A DNA stretch of 64,000 bases from an uncultured Deinococcaceae bacterium (GCA_964252075.1 CAXULY010000008.1:64001-128000), one strand, 5' to 3'; positions 1 through 11,109 are shown, counted from the stretch's first letter. Numbers and translations: made by a program. The notes: generated from the sequence alone by a model not told the origin.

Positions 1-428
1 TCACTCAGCAGCTTCGAGAGCTGCTGCAGGCGCTCCGGCAGCGTGCCGTGCAGCTCGCCGCGCCAGCGCGCCTCCAGCTCCGCGCGCCGGGCGTCCATCA
101 CGCGCAGCACCGCGCCCTCCCCGAAGAGGTTCTGCACGTGGCGCAGCACATCCACGCACAAACTCGCGTAGCTTTTCGGGAAGGCCGCCTCGCCGCGCTC
201 GGACAGGCGGTACACGATCTGCGGCCGACCGCGGCCGTTCGGCTTCTCTGTCTGCGCGAGAATGAGGCCCGCCTCCAGCAGGTCCTGCAGGTGTCGGCGC
301 GCGGCGGGCACCGTGACGCACAGCGCCTCGGCGAGCACCTGCGCGGTCACGCACTGGCGCGTCTTGAGCACGTCGAGGAGCCGCGCCTTGGTGCGCTCCT
401 GGTTGGCGGGAACGAGGGCCGGGGTCAT
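1..428 (-). CDS. SufR/ArsR-like helix-turn-helix transcriptional regulator (partial, runs off the window start)
   Basis: Not in the ORF track. My translation from ATG at 428 is MTPALVPANQERTKARLLDVLK...TAQVLAEALCVTVPAARRHLQDL...GRGRPQIVYRLSERGEAAFPKSY, with an HTH plus the GRP..YxL motif. The ATG overlaps the mrp stop (ATGA). Confidence 0.8.
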   Translation of the reverse strand, partial: MTPALVPANQERTKARLLDVLKTRQCVTAQVLAEALCVTVPAARRHLQDLLEAGLILAQTEKPNGRGRPQIVYRLSERGEAAFPKSYASLCVDVLRHVQNLFGEGAVLRVMDARRAELEARWRGELHGTLPERLQQLSKLLS

Positions 429-1462
429 AGCATGGGGAGTTCCGCGAGGGCGTGCACGCTGACGCGCCCCGCGAGCAGCTGCGCCACCTGACGCAGCGCG
501 CGCGCGGCGGGCGCGTCGGGGTGCTGGATCACGCTGGGCGTGCCCGCGTCCGCGTCCTCACGCGCCGTGATGTCGATGGGCACCTCGCCCAGCAGCGTCA
601 GGCCGAGGTTCGCGCTGCCGCCCCGCCCGAACAGATCGTAACTCAGGCCAGTGTCGGGCGCCACAAAGTAGCTCATGTTCTCCACGACGCCCAGGATGGG
701 CACGCTGGCCTTCTTGAACATGTCCACCGCGCGCGCCGCGTCGATGAGCGCCACCGCCTGCGGCGTCGTCACGATGACGGCGCCCGTGACCTTCACGCTC
801 TGCGTGATGGAGAGCTGCACGTCGCCCGTGCCGGGCGGCAGGTCCACGATCAGGTAATCGAGTTCACCCCACGCGGCGTCCTTCAGGAACTGCTGTACCG
901 CCGAGTGCAGCATGGGGCCGCGCCACACCAGGGCCTGACCGGCGGGCGTGAGGTTCGCCATGGAGAGGAACCGCACCCCGTGGCGGTCCAGGGGCCGCAT
1001 CTTCTTCTCCTCCGTGGCGGTGACCCGCTCGCCGCTGGCGCCCATCATGTGCGCGATGCTGGGACCGTAAATGTCGCCGTCCAGCAGGCCCACCTGCGCG
1101 CCGTCCCGCGCGAGGGCGCACGCGAGGTTCGCGGCGACCGAGGACTTCCCCACGCCGCCCTTGCCGCTGCCCACCAGAATGACGTGCTTCACGCCCGGCA
1201 GGGGCGGCTGCGCGGGCTGGCGCACCTGCGCCGTGAACTCCACGTGCACCTCGCTCGCGCCCGGCACGTCCAGCACCGCCCGCCGCACATCGGCCTCAAT
1301 GGTGGCCCTCAGGGGGCAGGCGGGGGTGGTGAGCTGCACGTGCACGGCGACGGCACCGCCGTCAATTTCGACGCCCCGCACCATGCCCAGCGAAACCAGA
1401 TCACGGTGCAGTTCCGGGTCGTTGACGGTGCGAAGCGCGGCGAGAACATCCTCTTGGCGCAT
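425..1462 (-). CDS. mrp: Mrp/ApbC/NBP35 family Fe-S cluster carrier ATPase
   Basis: N-terminal DUF59-like domain (DPEL..DLVSLG, LTTPACP), deviant Walker A GKGGVGKS, WRGPM, DLPPGTGD, VVENMS. Start taken at MRQED (1462). Confidence 0.95.
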   Translation of the reverse strand: MRQEDVLAALRTVNDPELHRDLVSLGMVRGVEIDGGAVAVHVQLTTPACPLRATIEADVRRAVLDVPGASEVHVEFTAQVRQPAQPPLPGVKHVILVGSGKGGVGKSSVAANLACALARDGAQVGLLDGDIYGPSIAHMMGASGERVTATEEKKMRPLDRHGVRFLSMANLTPAGQALVWRGPMLHSAVQQFLKDAAWGELDYLIVDLPPGTGDVQLSITQSVKVTGAVIVTTPQAVALIDAARAVDMFKKASVPILGVVENMSYFVAPDTGLSYDLFGRGGSANLGLTLLGEVPIDITAREDADAGTPSVIQHPDAPAARALRQVAQLLAGRVSVHALAELPML

Positions 1463-1587
1463 GCCGGAGTTGTAGCGCGCCGGAGGGGGCCGGGGCAAGG
1501 GAGACTCTTACAAAGCCCTCAGAACAAATCGTGTAGGTGCCGCGCCGCCACGCATGAGGTGCGGCGCGGCAGGGCTATACTTGCCGG

Positions 1588-3009
1588 GTGAAGCCCTACG
1601 GCCCCTATGTGGCCGCCCGCACGCTGTTCGAGAGCGCGGTGCGCACCATGCGCGGCATGGACCGCCTGACCGGCATGCCGGTGCTGATCTACACGCTCCC
1701 GCGGCCCGCCGACGTGCCGCAGCTCATGCACCGCCGCCTCGTGCCGTACACCGACGCGGGGAGCGAGCAGGGCGTGCCGTTTGTGGTCGCGGAGCTGCCC
1801 CTGCACGCCGTGCCGGCGGGCGACCCGCTCCTCGCGGCGCGCGGCGCCCTGGAGGCGCTGGTCGAGCTGCATTCCGACGGCCGCATTCACGGCGGCCTGA
1901 CCCCCGCGCAGCTGTGGGCGGTGGACGGCGACGTGCGCCTCGCGGGCGCCTGCCTCCCCTGGGAGGCGCTGGGGGCCGGCTTCGACGCGCCGGAGGGCGG
2001 CAAGAGCCCCCAGGCGGACCTGTACGCGCTGGGCTGCAGCCTGGAGGCCATGGGGGGCGTGCCGGATGCCCTGCGCGTGCTGCTGGACGCCGACCCGCGC
2101 GGGCGGCCCAGCGCGCGCGAGGCGCTGGGCCTGCTGAGCCGCCCCTACCAGTCCCCCGCGCGCTCAGCGCCGCGCGCGGACGACCCGCCGCCCACGCCAG
2201 AACACGCTGCACCACCCGCGGCGCCGGAACCCGAGGCGCCCACCCTGCAGCCCGACGCGGTCAGTGAACTCCTGAGCCTCTTCGACGAGCCGGTCGCGCC
2301 GCAGGCCGTGACGCCGCCCGCGGGCGCCGAGCCCGTCCTGATCGGGGAGGTGTCGCCCGAACCACCGGCCAGAGCGCCCGCCGTGCCGGACCCCACGCCC
2401 GCCGTGGCCGCGCCGGTCTTCCCACCCATCCGCATGGGGTTCGAGGACGTCGCGCCGCCGCCCGCGCCCTTCACGGTGCGGGTGGTGCCCGCCCCACCCG
2501 CGCCCGGTCCCAGCGTGCAGGCGCCCACCCCCGGCGAGGACGGCGGCCTCGCGCCCGTCAATCCCCGGCAGCAGCCCATCCGCATCGGGTGGGAGGAGGA
2601 CAACTCCTGGCGGGTGGTGCGCAGCCCCGACGAGGAAACGCGCCCCGCCGCGCCCGCCCGGGCGCCCACCCGCACCTGGGCGCTGGGCGCCGTCATAGCG
2701 CTGGTGCTGCTGAGCGGCCTGCTGTGGTGGCGCCTCGGCAGCACCCCCACCAGCGTCGGCACCGAGTGCTGCCAGGTGGATTTCCGCGTGACGGGCGGGC
2801 AGGACAAGGTGAACATCAGCGTGCTGAAGGCGCCCGGAGGCAGCGGCCTGAAGCGCGGCGACCTGATCGGCGCGGTGCCGGGCGTCCTGCAGTTCCCCGA
2901 CGCGCGCGGCGCGTACACCCTGCAGGCCGAAGCGGACGGCTACGCCACCATGCAGTTCCAGGTGACGGTCCCCAGCCGCGCGCCCGTCGAGATTGACCTG
3001 AAACGCTGA
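1588..3009 (+). CDS. Membrane-anchored degenerate Ser/Thr kinase-like protein with Pro-rich linker, TM helix and C-terminal extracellular beta domain
   Basis: Kinase-like motifs [20 protein letters not shown] and RPSA; Pro/Ala-rich middle; hydrophobic [24 protein letters not shown] 6 nt before the GTG. Confidence 0.75.
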   Translation: MKPYGPYVAARTLFESAVRTMRGMDRLTGMPVLIYTLPRPADVPQLMHRRLVPYTDAGSEQGVPFVVAELPLHAVPAGDPLLAARGALEALVELHSDGRIHGGLTPAQLWAVDGDVRLAGACLPWEALGAGFDAPEGGKSPQADLYALGCSLEAMGGVPDALRVLLDADPRGRPSAREALGLLSRPYQSPARSAPRADDPPPTPEHAAPPAAPEPEAPTLQPDAVSELLSLFDEPVAPQAVTPPAGAEPVLIGEVSPEPPARAPAVPDPTPAVAAPVFPPIRMGFEDVAPPPAPFTVRVVPAPPAPGPSVQAPTPGEDGGLAPVNPRQQPIRIGWEEDNSWRVVRSPDEETRPAAPARAPTRTWALGAVIALVLLSGLLWWRLGSTPTSVGTECCQVDFRVTGGQDKVNISVLKAPGGSGLKRGDLIGAVPGVLQFPDARGAYTLQAEADGYATMQFQVTVPSRAPVEIDLKR

Positions 3010-3035
3010 GCGGACCGAACGCTAGACTGGCCTTC

Positions 3036-4598
3036 ATGAGCCAGCCGCCCCTCAGCAGCACCCCGCCCAGCATCGTCATCCTGGATTTCGGGAGTCAGTT
3101 CACCCGCCTGATCGCGCGCCGGTTGCGCGAGCTTGGCAGTTACAGCGTGATCCTGCCCGGCAACGCCAGCCTGGAGCGCATCCAGCGCGAGAAGCCGCTC
3201 GGCCTCATCCTGTCGGGCGGGCCCAGCAGCGTGTACGACGCGAACGCCCCGCGCCCCGCAGACGGCGTGCTGGACCTTCCCATTCCGGTGCTGGGCGTGT
3301 GCTACGGCATGCAGTTCATGGCGCAGGCGGCGGGCGCGACGGTGGCGCGCGCCGGGCGGCGCGAGTACGGCAAGGCCGACCTCACGCGCTACGGCGGGCA
3401 GCTGTTCGAGGGCGTCGCGGGCGAGTTCGTCGCGTGGATGAGCCACAGTGACAGCGTCACGAGCCTCCCGCCCGGCTACGAGGTTGTCGCGGAGACGGAC
3501 GACACGCCCGTCACGGCCATCGAGAACCGCGAGACGCGCCGCTACGGCGTGCAGTTCCACCCGGAGGTCGTGCACACCCCCAAGGGCGCGCAGCTCCTCG
3601 CGAACTTTCTCGGCATCTGCGGCGCGCCGCGCGACTGGACGCCCGAGCACATCGTGGATGAACTCATCCAGCAGGTGCGCGACCAGGCGGGGGAGGGCCG
3701 CGTGCTGCTCGCCATCTCCGGCGGCGTGGACAGCAGCACCCTCGGCCTGCTGCTCGCGCGCGCCATCGGAGAGAAACTCACGGCGGTGTTCATCGACCAC
3801 GGCCTGCTGCGCCTCGGGGAGCGTGAGCAGGTCGAGGCGGCCCTCAAGCCGCTCGGCGTGAACCTCGTCACGGTGGACGCCAGCCGGGAGTTCCTGGGCG
3901 CGCTCGCGGGCGTGAGCGACCCCGAGCAGAAACGCAAGATCATCGGGCGCGAGTTCATCCGCGCCTTCGAGCGGGAGGCGCGCGAGTACGGCCCCTTCGA
4001 TTTCCTCGCGCAGGGCACCCTGTACCCGGACGTGATCGAGAGCGCGGGCGGCCTGCACGCGGACAAGTCCGGCGCCGCGAACATCAAGAGCCACCACAAC
4101 GTCGGAGGACTTCCCGAGGACCTCGCCTTCGCGCTCGTGGAACCCTTCCGGACGCTCTTCAAGGACGAGGTGCGCGAGATCGCGCGACTGCTCGGGCTGC
4201 CCGAGGCGATCCGCACCCGCCACCCCTTCCCCGGCCCCGGCCTCGCCATTCGCGTGCTGGGCGAGGTGACGCCCGAGAAGCTCGACATCCTGCAGCGCGT
4301 GGACGACATCTTCATCTCGGGCCTGCGGGAGTTCGGGCTGTACGAGGGCTGCTCGCAGGCCCTCGCGGTCCTCACACCCATTCAGTCCGTCGGCGTGATG
4401 GGCGACGAGCGCACGTACAGCTTCACCGTCGCGCTGCGCGCCGTCGCCACGGACGACTTCATGACGGCCGAATGGGCGCGCCTGCCCTACGACTTCCTCG
4501 CGACCATGAGCAGTCGCATCGTGAACCACGTGCATGAGGTGAACCGCGTGGTGTACGACATCACCGGGAAGCCGCCCGCCACCATCGAATGGGAATGA
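3036..4598 (+). CDS. guaA: GMP synthase (glutamine-hydrolysing)
   Basis: [42 protein letters not shown] and the C-terminal KPPATIEWE. Confidence 0.99.
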   Translation: MSQPPLSSTPPSIVILDFGSQFTRLIARRLRELGSYSVILPGNASLERIQREKPLGLILSGGPSSVYDANAPRPADGVLDLPIPVLGVCYGMQFMAQAAGATVARAGRREYGKADLTRYGGQLFEGVAGEFVAWMSHSDSVTSLPPGYEVVAETDDTPVTAIENRETRRYGVQFHPEVVHTPKGAQLLANFLGICGAPRDWTPEHIVDELIQQVRDQAGEGRVLLAISGGVDSSTLGLLLARAIGEKLTAVFIDHGLLRLGEREQVEAALKPLGVNLVTVDASREFLGALAGVSDPEQKRKIIGREFIRAFEREAREYGPFDFLAQGTLYPDVIESAGGLHADKSGAANIKSHHNVGGLPEDLAFALVEPFRTLFKDEVREIARLLGLPEAIRTRHPFPGPGLAIRVLGEVTPEKLDILQRVDDIFISGLREFGLYEGCSQALAVLTPIQSVGVMGDERTYSFTVALRAVATDDFMTAEWARLPYDFLATMSSRIVNHVHEVNRVVYDITGKPPATIEWE

Positions 4599-4616
4599 CC
4601 CGGCAGGGAACATGAT

Positions 4617-4649
4617 GGCGGGCGGGAGGTCACGGACCTCCCGCCCGCC
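4617..4649. terminator. Hairpin between convergent genes (probable bidirectional terminator)
   Basis: GGCGGGCGGGAGGTC-acg-GACCTCCCGCCCGCC, a perfect 15-bp stem. Confidence 0.75.
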
Positions 4650-4656
4650 GTTCGCT

Positions 4657-5013
4657 TCAGCTGTCGCCCGTGACGCCCCGGTGAATTTCCCCGCCGTGGC
4701 GCTCGAGCGCGTCCTGCAGCGCCGCCTCGCTCAGCCCGCCGTCCGTCTCGAAGGCGACCAGCACCGCGCCCACGTTGTGCGGGCCGTCCGGCAGGCGCGT
4801 CGCCTCGCGCGGCCAGCCGACCGAATGCAGGTGCGCGTCGTCACCGGACGCCCGCTCCTCGCGCTCCAGAATGTCAATGCGGGGGTCTGCGCCGTTCAGG
4901 GGTTCGGTGGTGCCCAGCACGCTGTAGCGCACGTCGCCCGCGCCCTGCTGGCGCAGTTCGTTCGCGGCCAGTTCGGCCTGCTGTTCGGATGGGAAGAGGG
5001 CGGTCAAGCGCAT
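4657..5013 (-). CDS. Hypothetical protein, possibly general-stress (YflT-like) fold
   Basis: GGAGG RBS before ATG 5013. The patterns ALFPSEQQAELAANELRQQG and GAVLVAFE...ALERHGG resemble small stress proteins (weak). Confidence 0.65.
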   Translation of the reverse strand: MRLTALFPSEQQAELAANELRQQGAGDVRYSVLGTTEPLNGADPRIDILEREERASGDDAHLHSVGWPREATRLPDGPHNVGAVLVAFETDGGLSEAALQDALERHGGEIHRGVTGDS

Positions 5014-5172
5014 GGCTGCCTCCAGAGGGTGGGGGAGAAGTGGGGCCTCGTCATTGCCGCGCAGCATGGCCCGCTAACCAGCCGCGCACTGTCTTGGGCG
5101 GCACAAGCTCAAGGTCCACCGAAGTCCACCTGAACGGGCGCTCAAGGCCTGCAGGTCGCCTGAGCCCAGCGA

Positions 5173-5976
5173 TCATTCAGGTGAGCGCCCCAGTGAGAAG
5201 AGCGCGGGCACGTTCAGGCTCAGGGTCCCGCCGTCCGCCAGGGCCCGGAGTTCGGCGAGGTGCTCCTCGCGGATCGCCTCCCGTTCGCCCGCTGGCAGGT
5301 CGCGCAGGAGCGAGGCCTCCAGGCCCGCCTCTATGTCCCGCCAGCGCGCCTCGGGCGTGACGGCGTACCCCAGCTGTTCCTCCGTCACGCTCGTCTCCGT
5401 GAGGCCCGCGCCGTCAAGCAGCGCCCGGCAGGTGTCCGGGTCCTGCAGGCGCGCGAAGGGCGGGCGCCAGGGTGTCAGGCCGTGGCGCGCCAAGCACGCC
5501 GCCCACAACCCGCCGAGCGGCTGCATCATGCCGCGCCCGAAGCTCGTGAAGCCCAGCACGCCGCCCGGCGCCAGCACCCGCCGCCACTCCCGCACGGCGC
5601 CCTGCAGGTCCGGCAGGAAGAACAGCGCGGACGCGCACAGCACCGCCCCGAACCGACGGTCCGGGAAGGGCAGCCGCGCGGCGTCCCCCTCCACGAAGGT
5701 CAGGTGGGCGTCCGGCACGTCGCGCGCCTTGCGCCGCGCCTGCTCCAGCATGCCGGGCGACAGGTCCAGGCCCGTCACGTCCGCACCCGCGCCCAGCACC
5801 CGCGCGGCCCGGAGCGCCACCGTGCCGGTGCCCGTCGCGACATCCAGCACCGGCGCGCCGGGGTGCAGCTGTGCGCGGTCCACGAGCCGCTCCGCGACGC
5901 GCTGCAGGAAGTGCAGCGCGTCGTACCGCCCCGCCAGCTGATCGAAGTCCCCAGTGCCGTCCGGTCGGTCCTGCAT
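5173..5976 (-). CDS. Class I SAM-dependent methyltransferase (UbiE-like)
   Basis: VLDVATGTG, GLDLSPGML, GDAARLPF, RVLAPGG; AGGAGG RBS before ATG 5976. Confidence 0.9.
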   Translation of the reverse strand: MQDRPDGTGDFDQLAGRYDALHFLQRVAERLVDRAQLHPGAPVLDVATGTGTVALRAARVLGAGADVTGLDLSPGMLEQARRKARDVPDAHLTFVEGDAARLPFPDRRFGAVLCASALFFLPDLQGAVREWRRVLAPGGVLGFTSFGRGMMQPLGGLWAACLARHGLTPWRPPFARLQDPDTCRALLDGAGLTETSVTEEQLGYAVTPEARWRDIEAGLEASLLRDLPAGEREAIREEHLAELRALADGGTLSLNVPALFSLGRSPE

Positions 5977-6062
5977 GTGACGCCTCCTCACGCGGGCGGA
6001 TGACGGGCGACACGCGCCCACCCCGCGCCCGAATGCCTCATGCTACGCCCGGCGGACCGCGC

Positions 6063-7097
6063 TCAGTGACTCAGGGTTTCCTCGTCCACGCGCGCGAACA
6101 CCATGCGGCCCACGTTGGTCTGCACGTTGTTCATGACCTGCACGCGCACGGGCTTGCCCTTGTGCTTCACGCCGTCCTCCACCACGATCATGGTGCCGTC
6201 GTCGAGGTACGCGACGCCCTGCCCCGCCTGCTGGCCCGCCTTGCTGACCGTCACGGTCAGCACGTCACCGACCTGCAGGCGCGGCCGCAGCGCGACGGCG
6301 GCCTCCTGCACGCTGATGACCGCCACGCCCTGAATGCGCGCGATCTTGCTGAGGTTCGCGTCGTTCGTCACAAGTTTCGCGCCGCTCTCCCGCGCGAGGC
6401 GCACCAGCTTGTCATCCACGGCGCGCAGGTCGGGCGCGTCCCAGTCGTCCACGCGCAGGCTGCCCAGCTCACGCAGGTCCTCCAGCACCGCGAGGCCCCG
6501 CTTGCCACTCGTGCGGCGCTGCGGGTCCGCGTGGTCCGCCAGGAACTGCAACTCGCGCAGCACGAAGGTCGGGACGGTCAGCTCACCGTCCAGGAACCCC
6601 GCGCGCACGAGGTCCACCACGCGCCCGTCAATGATGATGTTGGTGTCCAGCAGCTTGCTGCCGCTCTTGCGCCGCGGCGCGCTGCTGGTCGCCAGAATGC
6701 CAAGCGCCTCGGCGTTGCGCAGCGCGAACCCCACGAAGAACGCCATCAGCACCAGCGTGATGATGAGCCCCACCCACCACGTGTAAAACGGCGTGCCGGC
6801 CAGCAGGTTGCTCACCAGCACGCCCACCAGCAGCGCCACCACCGCGCCCACCGTGGCGGCCGCCACGCGGCGCGGCGCGAGGCGCACGTACCACCCGGAG
6901 AGGCGCCCCCACACCTGCAGGAGGGCGCGCTCGGCGCGCGGCGCGAGCAGGAAGGCCACCAGCAGGCCCGCGATCATCAGGGACGCGGTGTTGATGACCG
7001 CCGTCGCGCTGGAACCCGTGTGCACCGCCAGCCAGCGCCCCACGGCGAGGCCGATCAGCAGCCCCAGGGCGAGGATGAACAGTCGCAACCACAGCAT
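6063..7097 (-). CDS. Membrane protein with PIN and TRAM domains (YacL family)
   Basis: Four N-terminal TM segments, LLDTNIIIDGR, VLRELQFLAD, VDDKLV, TNDANL, GVAYLDDGTMIVVE, GRMVFA. Confidence 0.93.
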   Translation of the reverse strand: MLWLRLFILALGLLIGLAVGRWLAVHTGSSATAVINTASLMIAGLLVAFLLAPRAERALLQVWGRLSGWYVRLAPRRVAAATVGAVVALLVGVLVSNLLAGTPFYTWWVGLIITLVLMAFFVGFALRNAEALGILATSSAPRRKSGSKLLDTNIIIDGRVVDLVRAGFLDGELTVPTFVLRELQFLADHADPQRRTSGKRGLAVLEDLRELGSLRVDDWDAPDLRAVDDKLVRLARESGAKLVTNDANLSKIARIQGVAVISVQEAAVALRPRLQVGDVLTVTVSKAGQQAGQGVAYLDDGTMIVVEDGVKHKGKPVRVQVMNNVQTNVGRMVFARVDEETLSH

Positions 7098-7131
7098 CAA
7101 GGCAGTCTAGCTCAGGTGCGCGGGTCGTGCT

Positions 7132-8466
7132 TTACGGGCGCCACACGGCGCGCAGCGCCTCCTCGACGCTGCCCACGCCGCCGCCCGCGAGGCCCGGCGG
7201 CACGATCAGCTGCGTGTACCCGGCGCGCCGCGCCTCCTCCGCGCGGCGGGGGGCGCCCTGCACGGCGCGCACCTCGCCCGCGAGGCCCACCTCCCCGAAC
7301 ACCACCGCCTGCTCCGGCAGCGCCTTGCCCATCACGGCGCTGTACACCGCGAGCGCCAGCGCGAGGTCCAGGCCGGGGTCCGGGACCTTCAGGCCGCCCG
7401 CGAGGTTGATGTACACGTCCAGCCCCCCCAGCGCCAGTTCCAGGCGGCGCTCCAGCACCGCCAGCACCACGTCCGCGCGGCGCGGGTCGATGCCCACCAC
7501 CACGCGGCGGGCGTTCGGGTAGGGGCTCTTCGCGGCGAGCGCCTGCACCTCCAGCAGCAGGGGGCGGTGTCCGTCCATGGTGGCGGCCACCACGCTGCCC
7601 GGCACGCCCACCGGGCGCTCCGCGAGGAAGGCCTCCGAGGGGTTCTCCACCGCGAAGAGGCCGCCCTCGCGCATCTCGAACACACCCAGTTCGCCCGCCT
7701 GCCCGAAGCGGTTCTTCACGCTGCGCAGCAGGCGGTACGGCCCCACGGACTCCAGGAACACCGTGGTGTCCACGATGTGCTCGATGACCTTCGGGCCCGC
7801 CACCGTGCCCTCCTTGGTCACGTGCCCGACCAGCACGGTGCTGGAGCCCGTCTCCTTCGCGGCGCGCGTGATGAGCGCCGTCGCCTCGCGCACCTGCGCG
7901 ACGCCGCCCGCGACGCCCTCGCCCTCCACCGCGGCGGTCTGGATGCTGTCCACGATGGTGAGGGCCGGGCGGTGCTCCTCCATGAGGGCCGCGACGTGCT
8001 CGGCGCGCGTGTCGCGCGTGAGCTGGATGTCGCCCGTCACGCCCAGGCGGTCGGCGCGCAGGCGGATCTGCTCCAGCGACTCCTCACCGGCCACGTACAG
8101 CACCCCGCGCCCCTCCTGCGCGATGCGGTCCGCGACCTGCAGCAGCAGGGTGCTCTTCCCGATGCCGGGCTCCCCGCCGATGAGTGTCACGCCGCCCGCC
8201 ACGAGGCCGCCGCCCAGCACGCGGTCCAGTTCCAGAATGCCGGTGGACGTGCGGGGCTCCTCGCGCCGCCCCACGCTGGAGAGCGCCGTGAGTTTCCCGC
8301 CCGTGACGCCGCCGTACGCGCCCCCACCGGACTTGCCGCGCGTGGCGACGCTGGGCGTCTCCTCCTCGAAGCTGTTCCAGGCTTGGCAGTTCGGGCAGCG
8401 CCCCAGCGGTTTGGCGGACTGGTACCCGCACGACGTGCAGACGTACTTCGTGAGGGTTCTAGCCAT
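7132..8466 (-). CDS. radA: DNA repair protein RadA/Sms
   Basis: Zn finger CTSC...CPNC, Walker [14 protein letters not shown] motif, Lon-like C-terminus [10 protein letters not shown]. Confidence 0.98.
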   Translation of the reverse strand: MARTLTKYVCTSCGYQSAKPLGRCPNCQAWNSFEEETPSVATRGKSGGGAYGGVTGGKLTALSSVGRREEPRTSTGILELDRVLGGGLVAGGVTLIGGEPGIGKSTLLLQVADRIAQEGRGVLYVAGEESLEQIRLRADRLGVTGDIQLTRDTRAEHVAALMEEHRPALTIVDSIQTAAVEGEGVAGGVAQVREATALITRAAKETGSSTVLVGHVTKEGTVAGPKVIEHIVDTTVFLESVGPYRLLRSVKNRFGQAGELGVFEMREGGLFAVENPSEAFLAERPVGVPGSVVAATMDGHRPLLLEVQALAAKSPYPNARRVVVGIDPRRADVVLAVLERRLELALGGLDVYINLAGGLKVPDPGLDLALALAVYSAVMGKALPEQAVVFGEVGLAGEVRAVQGAPRRAEEARRAGYTQLIVPPGLAGGGVGSVEEALRAVWRP

Positions 8467-8761
8467 CCTGCGCGTCCGTTGCCGGGCCGGGCCGCATGTT
8501 CGCGCGCCAGTAGGCGCCGCCGTCCGGCGTGCGCGCGAGGTAGTCGGCCTCCACGAGTTCGCGGCGCAGCAGCGCGAAGTCCTCCAGGGTGGTGTGCTCG
8601 CGCAGCAGGGCGTTCACGTCCGCCTCGCTGTAGCGCCGCCCGCTCTCGAAGAGGCCCGCGAGGTGCTCAAGCGTCGCGAGCTGGTGCGCGCGCCGACGTT
8701 TCGAGGGCCACGCCGTGACGCGCCCGTGTTCATCCAGGAAAGCCGTGATGCTTTTCGACAT
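8459..8761 (-). CDS. DUF2087-like small winged-helix protein
   Basis: WPSKRR...[10 protein letters not shown]...[18 protein letters not shown]; overlaps the radA start by 8 nt. Confidence 0.85.
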   Translation of the reverse strand: MSKSITAFLDEHGRVTAWPSKRRRAHQLATLEHLAGLFESGRRYSEADVNALLREHTTLEDFALLRRELVEADYLARTPDGGAYWRANMRPGPATDAQDG

Positions 8762-8766
8762 GCCCC

Positions 8767-8786
8767 ATGTTATGTCAGGGGCGAAA
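8767..8786 (-). promoter_or_regulatory. -10 element (TAACAT) overlapped by an RDRM/DdrO-like 17-bp pseudo-palindrome
   Basis: Plus strand 8770-8786 reads TTATGTCAGGGGCGAAA; TAACAT lies 5 nt upstream of the ATG at 8761. Confidence 0.5.
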
Positions 8787-8803
8787 CGAGGAAGGTGGGC
8801 GGC

Positions 8804-9136
8804 TCACCGCTCGTCGCCGCTCGCGTGCATCAGCACCCCGCGCCGCCCGCGGTCCGCGAGCTTGTCGAGGTTCCCCTGCGCCAGCTCCTCCAGCGTGAAG
8901 CCCAGGTGATCGGCCAGCACCGCCGCGTACCACAGCACGTCCCCCAGTTCCTTCGCGAGCGCCGCGCGGTCCAGCGCGCCCGGGTCGCCCCCCTGGTCCC
9001 GCACCCACTTCTTCACCTTCTCCGCCACCTCGCCCGCCTCACCCACCAAGCCCAGCACCAGGTGGAAGAACTCCAGCGGCGCCTCGCGCGTGAGGGCGGT
9101 CGTGAGCGCGCGTTCCTGATAGGCATTCAGTTCCAT
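8804..9136 (-). CDS. MazG-like nucleoside triphosphate pyrophosphohydrolase
   Basis: The real CDS is the C-terminal 110 aa of the shadow ORF 8804..11125: MELNAYQ...[16 protein letters not shown]...KELGDVLWY...NLDKL. TATGGT lies 6 nt before the ATG. Confidence 0.9.
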   Translation of the reverse strand: MELNAYQERALTTALTREAPLEFFHLVLGLVGEAGEVAEKVKKWVRDQGGDPGALDRAALAKELGDVLWYAAVLADHLGFTLEELAQGNLDKLADRGRRGVLMHASGDER

Positions 9137-9187
9137 GAACCGACCATAGCAGCCGCGGCCCGCGCGCCCAGCTAGACTCACAGGGGA

Positions 9188-11104
9188 GTGACGCGCCGCA
9201 ACCTCATCTGGACGAACACCTTCCGCTTCAACCCCGCCGGCTGGCGGCCCGGCGCGGCGACCCGCTGCACGCTGGCGCTCGCCCTTCCAGTGCTCGGCGC
9301 GGCCCTCATCGGGCACCCCGCGTGGGGCGTCGCGATGGGCATCGGGGCCTTCAACGCCGGCATCCTGTCCCTGAACGGCGTGTACCGCTCCCGCATCCGC
9401 CAGATGATCAGCGTGGCCCTCGTGGTGTCCGCGACGGCGCTGCTGGCCGGACTGGTGAGCGCCTCGCCGTGGCTGACGGTGCTGCTCGTCACCGCCCTCA
9501 GCTTCGGCTTCACGCTGTTCTCGGAGCGCGGCCCCGGCCCCACCAGCATGGGCCTGCAGAGCACCATGGTGCTGATCGTGATCTCCGGTCTGCCCGCCTC
9601 GCCCGCTGGCGCCTTCGGGACGGCCGCGCTGGTCCTGGCGGGCGCGCTGCTGCAGGTGCTGGTGCTGGGCCTGCTGTGGCCCGTGGACCCGCACCAGCCG
9701 GAACGCCGGGTGGTGGCGCAGGTCTTTCAGGAACTCGCGCGGTACGTGCAGGCCTTCCCCGTGGCGCTCGATCACCCCTTCCCGGATGAAGTGCCTTTCC
9801 AGACCGCGCAGGGCGCGCTGTCCGACGCCGCGCAGTACCACTGGCGGAACGAGCACGACCGGCTGGTGTCCGCCTACAGCGGCGCGGAGGGACTGCGCGC
9901 CGCGCTGGTGGGGCTGGGCCGCGCGGACCGCCTGCTGCGCGAACAGGGCGGCGCCGCAGCGGAGGACGCCCGCCTCGCGTCGCGCGTGCTGGCGCGGCTG
10001 CTGCGCGCCATCGCGCAGGCCGTCACGCGCCACCGCACGCCGCTGGTCCCGGAGGGCGCCCTGCGGGCCTTCACGCTCGCGACGTCCCGCGTCACGCAGC
10101 AGGCTGCCGGGCCGGACGCTGACGCGCGCGCCGAGTTCGGCGCCCTCGCGCGGCTCGTCGCGGGCCTCCTGCACGACCTCGAAGCGCCCGGCATGCCCGC
10201 CTTCGCGCCCGCCCAGCCGCCGCGCCCATCCCCGCTGCCGACCCTGCGGGACGTGATCGGGCGCCCCGAGGCGCGCCTGCACGCGCTGCGGTACGCCCTC
10301 GCGGTGGGCGGCGCGACCGCGCTCTACAAGTTCACGGGCCTCGGGCACGGGTACTGGCTGCCCCTCACGGTCGGGCTGGTGCTGCGCCAGGATTACTTCA
10401 CGACCGTCACGCGCGGCCTCGCGCGCTTCGGCGGCACCCTGATCGGCGTGCTCGCCGCGACGCTGATCGGGCTGCTGCACCCGCCCGCCGGGGTGGCGGG
10501 CCTGCTGGTGCTGCTGGGCGCGTGGCTGGCGTACGCGCTGCTGCCCACCGGGTACTCGGTGTTCTCTGCGGCCGTCACGGTGTACGTGGTGTTCTCCCTC
10601 GCGGCGGCGGGCGTGTCCGAGGAGGCTGCAGGTGTGCAGCGGCTGATGGTCACGCTGGCGGGCGGCGTGCTGGCCCTGCTGGCCTTCCTCGCATGGCCGC
10701 TGTGGAAGGTGCGGCGGGCGCAGGAGGTGCTGCGCGACGCGGCGCGCGCGCAGGTGACGTACGCCGAGTGCGTGCTCGCGACCCTGCGCGGCGACCCCAT
10801 GGGTGGGGACCTGGAGGCCAGCCGCGCCCGCTCCCGCGCCGCGCGCGTGCAGGCGGAGGGCGCCGTGCAGGCCGCGAGCGTCGAGCCAAACTGGGCGGCG
10901 CCCGAGTCGGAGCGCCTCGCGCTCGGTGCGCGCCTCGCGCGCCTGAGCGGCAACGCGGCCCTGCTGGTCAGCCTGCAGCTGGAGGCGAAGGCCGAAGCGC
11001 GCCCACCGGACCTCGTGCCGCGCGCGGAGGCAGCCCTGGGTGTGGCGCGGGCCCTGGCGGGCGAGGCGCCCCACACCCCCGCGGACGCCACCGCCACCGC
11101 CTGA
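9188..11104 (+). CDS. FUSC/YccS-like inner membrane protein (putative efflux)
   Basis: Two hydrophobic TM blocks; second block has HALRYALA...[16 protein letters not shown]...[12 protein letters not shown]. Confidence 0.88.
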   Translation: MTRRNLIWTNTFRFNPAGWRPGAATRCTLALALPVLGAALIGHPAWGVAMGIGAFNAGILSLNGVYRSRIRQMISVALVVSATALLAGLVSASPWLTVLLVTALSFGFTLFSERGPGPTSMGLQSTMVLIVISGLPASPAGAFGTAALVLAGALLQVLVLGLLWPVDPHQPERRVVAQVFQELARYVQAFPVALDHPFPDEVPFQTAQGALSDAAQYHWRNEHDRLVSAYSGAEGLRAALVGLGRADRLLREQGGAAAEDARLASRVLARLLRAIAQAVTRHRTPLVPEGALRAFTLATSRVTQQAAGPDADARAEFGALARLVAGLLHDLEAPGMPAFAPAQPPRPSPLPTLRDVIGRPEARLHALRYALAVGGATALYKFTGLGHGYWLPLTVGLVLRQDYFTTVTRGLARFGGTLIGVLAATLIGLLHPPAGVAGLLVLLGAWLAYALLPTGYSVFSAAVTVYVVFSLAAAGVSEEAAGVQRLMVTLAGGVLALLAFLAWPLWKVRRAQEVLRDAARAQVTYAECVLATLRGDPMGGDLEASRARSRAARVQAEGAVQAASVEPNWAAPESERLALGARLARLSGNAALLVSLQLEAKAEARPPDLVPRAEAALGVARALAGEAPHTPADATATA

Positions 11105-11109
11105 GAAAA

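Noticed and set aside
2160..2680. Repetitive-looking CCG/GCG-rich DNA
   Set aside because: It encodes a Pro/Ala linker, with no regular repeat-spacer structure, so it is neither a CRISPR array nor a tandem repeat.
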